From Octopus sinensis (lineage: Eukaryota): a DNA stretch of 12,883 nucleotides. The first letter of the stretch is position 1. Each line of letters starts with the position of its first letter. The stretch spans positions 1 to 12,883 of the forward strand of contig NW_021826419.1 in the NCBI RefSeq assembly GCF_006345805.1. Direction: 5' to 3'. A program made the position numbers and the translations under genes. Positions 7,303 through 12,883 of this stretch are shown piece after piece. The notes beneath the pieces were generated by a model. It was not told the origin of the DNA. It searched no databases and worked only from the letters and a program-made list of their open reading frames with translations.

Positions 7303-7795
7303 AGTGTAGACGGTCTCCTTGTTTAAGTTGGTGAATGCTGCCATAATCCTTGCCTTCAGTTCATCTTTGGTGTGACAAGGAGTTTTGTTGGTCTCTTGCT
7401 CAACTGTGATCCTTACATAATAATCAAGGGGATTGCAGTTTGGGGAGTTAGATGGCCTGATGTTAGGGGTGATGTTATCACTGAAATTGCCTGTCAGCCA
7501 TGACCGGGTTCTTCTGCTTCTGTGGCATGATGCAGAGTCCTTTTGTCATACATAGGGTCTTTTAGCAGCCACCCGCTTGACCCAGGGCAGCCATCTCTCC
7601 TCGAAGCACCTCATGTAGGGCTTGTGTTAAGTCTGAGGCCGTGTGGGAAGACGAATGGAGGCATAACGTCGCTTCACTAGTGATCACTCAAAACACCATC
7701 ATGTTGACTGGAGGTTTGATTATTATCACTCCCAGTACATGTTTTGGGGGTCATGGCAAACCAAAGATTGTTCTGTGCGTTCAGTATCTGCTCGT
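7303..7795 (-). pseudogene. Decayed DD37D (maT-type, IS630-Tc1-mariner) transposase, C-terminal catalytic region
   Basis: Manual minus-strand translation with frameshifts: NAQNNLWFAMTPK / PVNMMVF*VITSE / DVMPPFVFPHGLRLNT / PYMRCFEERWLPWVKRVAAKRPYV*QKDSASCHRSRRTRSWLTGNFSDNITPNIRPSNSPNCNPLDYYVRITVEQETNKTPCHTKDELKARIMAAFTNLNKETV. Second catalytic Asp at 7539-7537, third at 7425-7423, with exactly 37 residues between. Premature TGA at 7548-7546. Confidence 0.9.
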
Positions 7796-7859
7796 ATAGG
7801 AGCTTCCGGCGCGAATGCCAAGCTTTAGAGCGTGTCGTTTCCAAATTTCTAACTTTTAT

Positions 7860-8057
7860 TCTCAAAGACGGTGCATAACTGCCCGTATCAAAAGCGGAGT
7901 AGACGAAACAGGAACAACTGCAGAAGGGGAATATTCCTTCTGTTGTATATCTTGTATTCTGTTTTTTCGTTATTTGAAAACAAGTTCGTTTCCATATTTT
8001 TGTTTTTATGTTTTCGTTTCTCATTGTGTCCAACGTTTTCTTGGTGTCCTGTACCCA
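7860..8057 (+). mobile_element. Probable short interspersed element with T-rich 3' part abutting (TA)n
   Basis: Unrelated to the adjacent transposase; structured 5' part (GGAATATTCC palindrome, CGAAACAG..CTG), then a T-rich tail running into a TA microsatellite, the same layout as 9360-9555. Confidence 0.35.
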
Positions 8058-8456
8058 TATATACATGTATATATACATATAGATGCACGTACGTAAATAT
8101 ATGTATGTATGCATATATTTATATATTATATATACATATATATGTATATGTATATATATGTGTGTATATATAAACATATATATGTTAAACTTTTAATACT
8201 TTTTGATAGTTTAAAATTTTAAAAATAAATAAATAAATAAATAAAATAATAATAAATATATATATGTATATATATATATATTTAAAATTTATAAAGTTAA
8301 TTTATTAATTGAAATAATTTCTTAAAATTTTAACTTAGTTTAAATATTTTAATTGGATTTTCATATCTTATTTCTATGTATTGGCTTATGATTTTCATTC
8401 ACTGTTTGATTTGCCTAATGGTGGCTTTATCTCAAATTTGATATAATATATATATA

Positions 8457-8532
<76 letters not shown>

Positions 8533-8536
8533 TTAT

Positions 8537-8584
<48 letters not shown>

Positions 8585-8640
8585 TACACACAGACACAGT
8601 CACGCACGCAATGCACGCATGCCCACAAACTGTCACACAG
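8058..8640. repeat. (TA)n-rich low-complexity region with AAAT and CA tracts
   Basis: Read directly from the sequence. Confidence 0.9.
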
Positions 8641-9076
8641 ACGCACATCATAGGTATGCAAATGTCTGTAATTTACAATATACTAATATGGTGGATTCTA
8701 CTTTTATACAAAACGAAATAATAAAAAGCTTCACCGGCTTTACAGGGTGAATGTGTGACTGTGTTCTCTACACGCGTAACATTTTCAATCAAATTGATGC
8801 TATATAGTTTACATTTTAGAAATGTTCATCCTTCTGAAAGTTCAGTAAAGATATAAGACAAAAATAATATTCTAGTAAGGTAATATAGGACATGCCAATT
8901 AGAATGGATGCTGTCGGAGTCTGATTTAGAAATGACAATGACAACAGAGACGCATACGGCGAACCTGTGATTGATTGATGGGGACACGAACGCAGAGATC
9001 ATTATATTAACGGTAGAAAATCAACGATTAGGAAACTGTGACCTAGAAGACGCGCACAAGCAGGAGTGTAAGTATT

Positions 9077-9108
<32 letters not shown>

Positions 9109-9181
9109 ATATATATAATATATATATGTATGTATATATATGATAGATAGATAGATAGATTAGATAGATAGATAGATAGAT

Positions 9182-9219
<38 letters not shown>

Positions 9220-9308
9220 ATATAGCCAGATAGATAGATAGATAGATAGACAGACAGATAGATAGATAGACAGACAGACAGATAGTCAGATAGATAGATA
9301 GGTATGTA

Positions 9309-9341
<33 letters not shown>

Positions 9342-9358
9342 GTATGTATATATGTATG
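9077..9358 (+). repeat. (TA)n-(GATA/GACA)n-(TA)n compound microsatellite
   Basis: GATA tract at about 9142-9301. Confidence 0.95.
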
Positions 9359-9359
9359 A

Positions 9360-9554
9360 TGGATTCGCCATGATAAATCGCCAGCCACTACACATTCTTT
9401 AGTTCTTTCTCCTTGTTTCTTTCTATGTTCCTTTCTGTGGAAGAACGTAAGCTCGAAACGTTAAATACTTTTTCACTTCCTGAGCGTTATAGTAATAAAA
9501 CTCTTTGTTGTCTACACCACCTGTCTTCGTCTTTTGATTTTTTTGAATTCTCTA

Positions 9555-9555
<1 letters not shown>
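9360..9555 (+). mobile_element. ~200 bp short element, probably derived from a Penelope-like element terminal repeat, inserted in (TA)n
   Basis: Unique sequence bounded by TA tracts on both sides, carrying a hammerhead-like motif at 9432-9465 and a T-rich tail. The PLE link is an inference from the motif type. Confidence 0.5.
9432..9465 (+). ncRNA. Degenerate minimal type I hammerhead ribozyme-like motif
   Basis: TTT-CTGTGGAA-GAAC(GTAA)GCTC-GAAAC-GTT-AAA: stem I TTT/AAA, CUGANGA(A)-like core with substitutions, stem II 3 of 4 pairs, GAAAC, self-complementary AACGTT stem III, GUU at the cleavage triplet. Confidence 0.4.
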
Positions 9556-9850
<295 letters not shown>

Positions 9851-9929
9851 TGCCACTTACCATGCTCTGGTAGAGATACATACTTAGGTATATGATGTTT
9901 TTTTTTACATGAATGTACATACTGGCATA

Positions 9930-10075
9930 TATGTATGTGTTAGTGTGTGTGTGTACACGTATGTATGTTTGTGTTCGCGCGTAAGTATGTATACCTGCGC
10001 CCGCTCCCGAATGAACATGTGTGTGTGTATATGCGTGCCTGCTTGCGCGCGCCTTTGGTTGTGGATACAAATATA
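9930..10075. repeat. Degenerate (TG)n tract
   Basis: Read directly from the sequence. Confidence 0.8.
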
Positions 10076-10394
10076 TACGAGTGTTTATTAATTTTTGTTT
10101 CAATTTATTTTCTCTCATGTGTCTCTCATGTGTTGTTGCAGTTCTTATTGATATTATTGTTCTTGTTCTTCTTCTTGTCTTCTTTCCTTTGCTTGTGTTT
10201 CACGCCGTTCATCCGCCATATTTCTTTCATCTAAATAGGTTTGTAAATATTAATAGCAGAAAGCAGCAGTATTTAAACGCAAAACATAATTAGTAATTAT
10301 TTCACATTTGATGATATTTTTTACACGAGGGATTCGAAAATTTTTTTTGCTGTAAATTAGATAAATACATTAACATTATACACTAAAACAACAA

Positions 10395-10595
10395 ATATAC
10401 ATACATACATACATACATACATACATACATACATACATACATAAATACATACATATATAGATATAGATATATAGGTATATTATACACGATATGATACTTG
10501 CATGTATGTCTATATATATATATACACACATATATATGTGTATACATATATACATAAGTGCGTTTATATATATATATATATATATATATACGTAT
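10395..10595. repeat. (TACA)n and (TA)n microsatellites
   Basis: Read directly from the sequence. Confidence 0.92.
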
Positions 10596-11711
10596 AGAAT
10601 TTTTTCTTTTTACAATACGCAAGTATGGAATTTGTTAGTTTGTTATGTTCATAAATTAATTTCTTTCATGAAACATTATCCCAGCCGCCATTCAGTTTCT
10701 AGAAATATTATTGTATTTGGTTTTTTTAAATTTTGAATCCGTAATGGTATATCTTCATATGTCGCAATACAAAAGTAATCTACATGTAAATTATGCATAT
10801 TTCTAACGTGTGTACTTATTTGTTTTTATTCTAAGTTACATGTATCGGTCGGTCTGGGATCCATCATGAGAAACGTGTTTGATAGTCTTGACTTCTGTAT
10901 CCAAACCCATTTTTGGCTCCACCGTGATGGAGCATATGGTCGTCTACCTTGCTACCCTAGTAACGCCAGCGCCATTCAGAGCCTTGTTGTATGAGTTCTC
11001 CACAAAATGCCGGCAGCCTCCGTGTATTGGCTCTCAATATGACTGCCACTCTACGTTTCTGCCCTACCCTACCATTTGTCAATATTCCTCCATTTACTAT
11101 TCCCATGGAGCAGTTCTTTTTCCCGTGTATATGTACCTGTTGGAATCTGAGTAGACGGAAAGGTCTCTGTGAATTGTCGTTAATAAAACGTGATCTGGGA
11201 AGTTCAGTTGCTTAACAAGCCAAACTCTCAACTGTCAGATTGAGGCTGTTAGAAGTAAGCACAGTAGTTGATATTTCAGTGCAATGGGCTTCTGGAAATG
11301 TGAGGGCGTCCTTCCTGGTAAAATGTTACCATCACCCGTTAAAACCACATTGAGCGCCTGATCTTCTTACCAGCGTTAAGGCGCAGCGTGCAAGCTTCTG
11401 GGCAATTTCTGTGAGTCTCTTTCAGTACCTAAAGAGTAGAAAATGTTCCACTCCTGTTCCATGTATAGAGTCTAAGGATTTGGCAAATTATCGTAGTCGG
11501 TCTCGAGCAGACCTCGCAAGCAATGGTTAGCAGTCCACTGTGTTTCCGTTCAAATGATTATTGACTGGACTATTCCATCTTATTAGATCATGTTTCCGCT
11601 ATGACAGCACGGGATTCTTCTTGGAGGAGACGTTCCCCTTTTCATTCAACATTGAAAATTCTACAGCTGGCTGGAAATCAACTCGCAATAGGAAACTCTA
11701 TAAACACAAAT

Positions 11712-11785
11712 ATGTGTGTGTGTGTGTACAGCTGTGTCTTTGTGTGTCTGTGTGTGTGTATGTGTGTGTGTGTGTGAGTGGGTGT
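11712..11785. repeat. (TG)n microsatellite
   Basis: Read directly from the sequence. Confidence 0.9.
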
Positions 11786-12129
11786 ATTATGTGCTATTAT
11801 TAGTTTCATGAGCTGAGAGCATGCCAGACCATATTTTTTAACACGTCTGGCGTCCTAGCACAATCATCAGGCCCTGTCCATAATATAGCATAACGGACCA
11901 GAAATAGGACGATAGGTTGAGAGAAAAAGCAAGAAAAGTTGAGAAAAAATAGATAGAAAGGGTGGTGGAGTGTTGAAAAACCGGAAAAAGAAAAAGACAA
12001 CAGAATGAAACGAAGGGTGCGGGGAGAATTAGAATTATTTTCCCTTAGATCGTAAAATATAAGGCGCTGGAAAAATAGTGGCTTAGAGTCTGTGATACAG
12101 TTATTCAATCTGGACAGGTCTACACTTAC

Positions 12130-12215
12130 CAATTAGTCAACATGAACTTAGCCACATGCATACAACCGCTGAAAACTTCGGATCTAGAATTCATTAGTGT
12201 TTAGAGTTCTTAGAT
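12130..12215 (-). other. Candidate 86-nt spliced exon (5' UTR/initiation or lncRNA exon)
   Basis: Minus-strand acceptor CTCTGTTTCTTTTCAG| (AG at 12217-12216) and donor TTG|GTAAGT (12129-12124). All three frames have early stops; an ATG at 12194 gives MNSRSEVFSGCMHVAKFMLTN up to a phase-2 donor. Confidence 0.35.
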
Positions 12216-12249
12216 CTGAAAAGAAACAGAGTTGTGTTTATTACATTAC

Positions 12250-12303
12250 GTGTATATATTTGTGTACGTGTATGTGCCTGTGTGTACATGTGTGTGTGTT
12301 TAT

Positions 12304-12335
<32 letters not shown>
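12250..12335. repeat. (TG)/(TA) microsatellite
   Basis: Read directly from the sequence. Confidence 0.88.
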
Positions 12336-12337
<2 letters not shown>

Positions 12338-12392
12338 CGCTTGCATCAGTTACAGACTTTGGAAACCGTCAGAAGAGAATGGTGAAAACAGA

Positions 12393-12467
12393 CGCTGTAG
12401 ATGATACACTCCACCTTCAAACATTCCCAAGACGATGACTTGAAGGCGGAGTATATCATCTGCGGTG
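12393..12467. ncRNA. Pre-miRNA-sized hairpin (candidate microRNA precursor or tiny palindromic element)
   Basis: Arms 12399-12420 AGATGATACACTCCACCTTCAA and 12440-12461 TTGAAGGCGGAGTATATCATCT pair at 20 of 22 positions around a 19-nt loop. Confidence 0.35.
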
Positions 12468-12534
12468 ATGAATAAATAAAACTCTACTACATGTATTGAG
12501 TACTATTCCCACAGTTTCCTACCACCTCACATTT

Positions 12535-12665
12535 ACACATATTCATACACACATACAGTATATACATACATGTATAGTTATATCTAAGTCTATATATACA
12601 TATGTGCGTGTGTGTGTGTGTGTGTGTGCGTGTATGTGTGTGTACGTCCATATACATACATTCAC
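12535..12665. repeat. (CA)/(TA)/(TG) low-complexity tract
   Basis: Read directly from the sequence. Confidence 0.85.
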
Positions 12666-12781
12666 ACTGCATAATGTATTTCTGAAGATTCGACAGATGA
12701 AAGTGCTGTAATTTCTGTTGACCGTCATGGTTTTGTTTTTCTGTTATTTCTTTTCACACTTATACGCACAGAAAGAAGCAT

Positions 12782-12849
12782 GTACACACACACACACACA
12801 CACAGACACACAAACACACACACAGACCCACACACCTTACACACACACT

Positions 12850-12883
<34 letters not shown>
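12782..12883. repeat. (CA)n microsatellite running off the window
   Basis: Read directly from the sequence. Confidence 0.95.

Noticed and set aside
7800-7878. Short peptide FRRECQALERVVSKFLTFILKDGA*, loosely like a Penelope GIY-YIG C-terminus
   Set aside because: The similarity is too vague to support without a profile search.
8940-9073. Plus-strand GTAAGT donor at 9068-9073 (another at 910-915) with a short upstream open frame
   Set aside because: There is no pyrimidine-rich acceptor and there is an in-frame stop upstream; isolated donor hexamers are expected by chance.
11810-11905. Perfect CTGATGA on the minus strand (11870-11864) with neighbouring hairpins, suggesting a type III hammerhead or C/D snoRNA
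   Set aside because: The GAAA core is absent (GACG instead), stems I and II pair poorly, the GCCAGAC/GTCTGGC hairpin competes, and there is no box D.
12682-12715. CTGAAGA-TTCGACAGAT-GAAA hammerhead-like spacing
   Set aside because: Stem II has only 2 pairs without the G10.1-C11.1 closing pair, and there is no credible stem I or III.

Overview
Eukaryotic, AT-rich, very microsatellite-dense DNA. The SINE-like families resemble, from recall rather than a database search, the abundant octopus (coleoid cephalopod) repeats. No complete protein-coding gene can be supported, and nearly all listed ORFs are translations of simple repeats or of SINE bodies. Well-supported content: (i) many copies of one tRNA-derived SINE family (family A, a working label), arranged as a + strand array (1884-3250) and an inverted - strand trimer (5303-5828); (ii) a second tRNA-headed SINE (1274-1591, -); (iii) a decayed DD37D (maT-type, IS630-Tc1-mariner) transposase fragment (7303-7795, -); (iv) many simple and higher-order tandem repeats. 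More speculative but worth testing: a dyad-symmetric, motif-dense promoter-like island at 6385-6610; a degenerate minimal hammerhead ribozyme of the Penelope-like-element type at 9432-9465 inside a short element bracketed by inverted GATA/TATC tracts; a pre-miRNA-sized hairpin at 12393-12467; an ATG-less 193-codon Thr-rich mucin-like frame at 5829-6410; and a candidate 86-nt minus-strand exon at 12130-12215.
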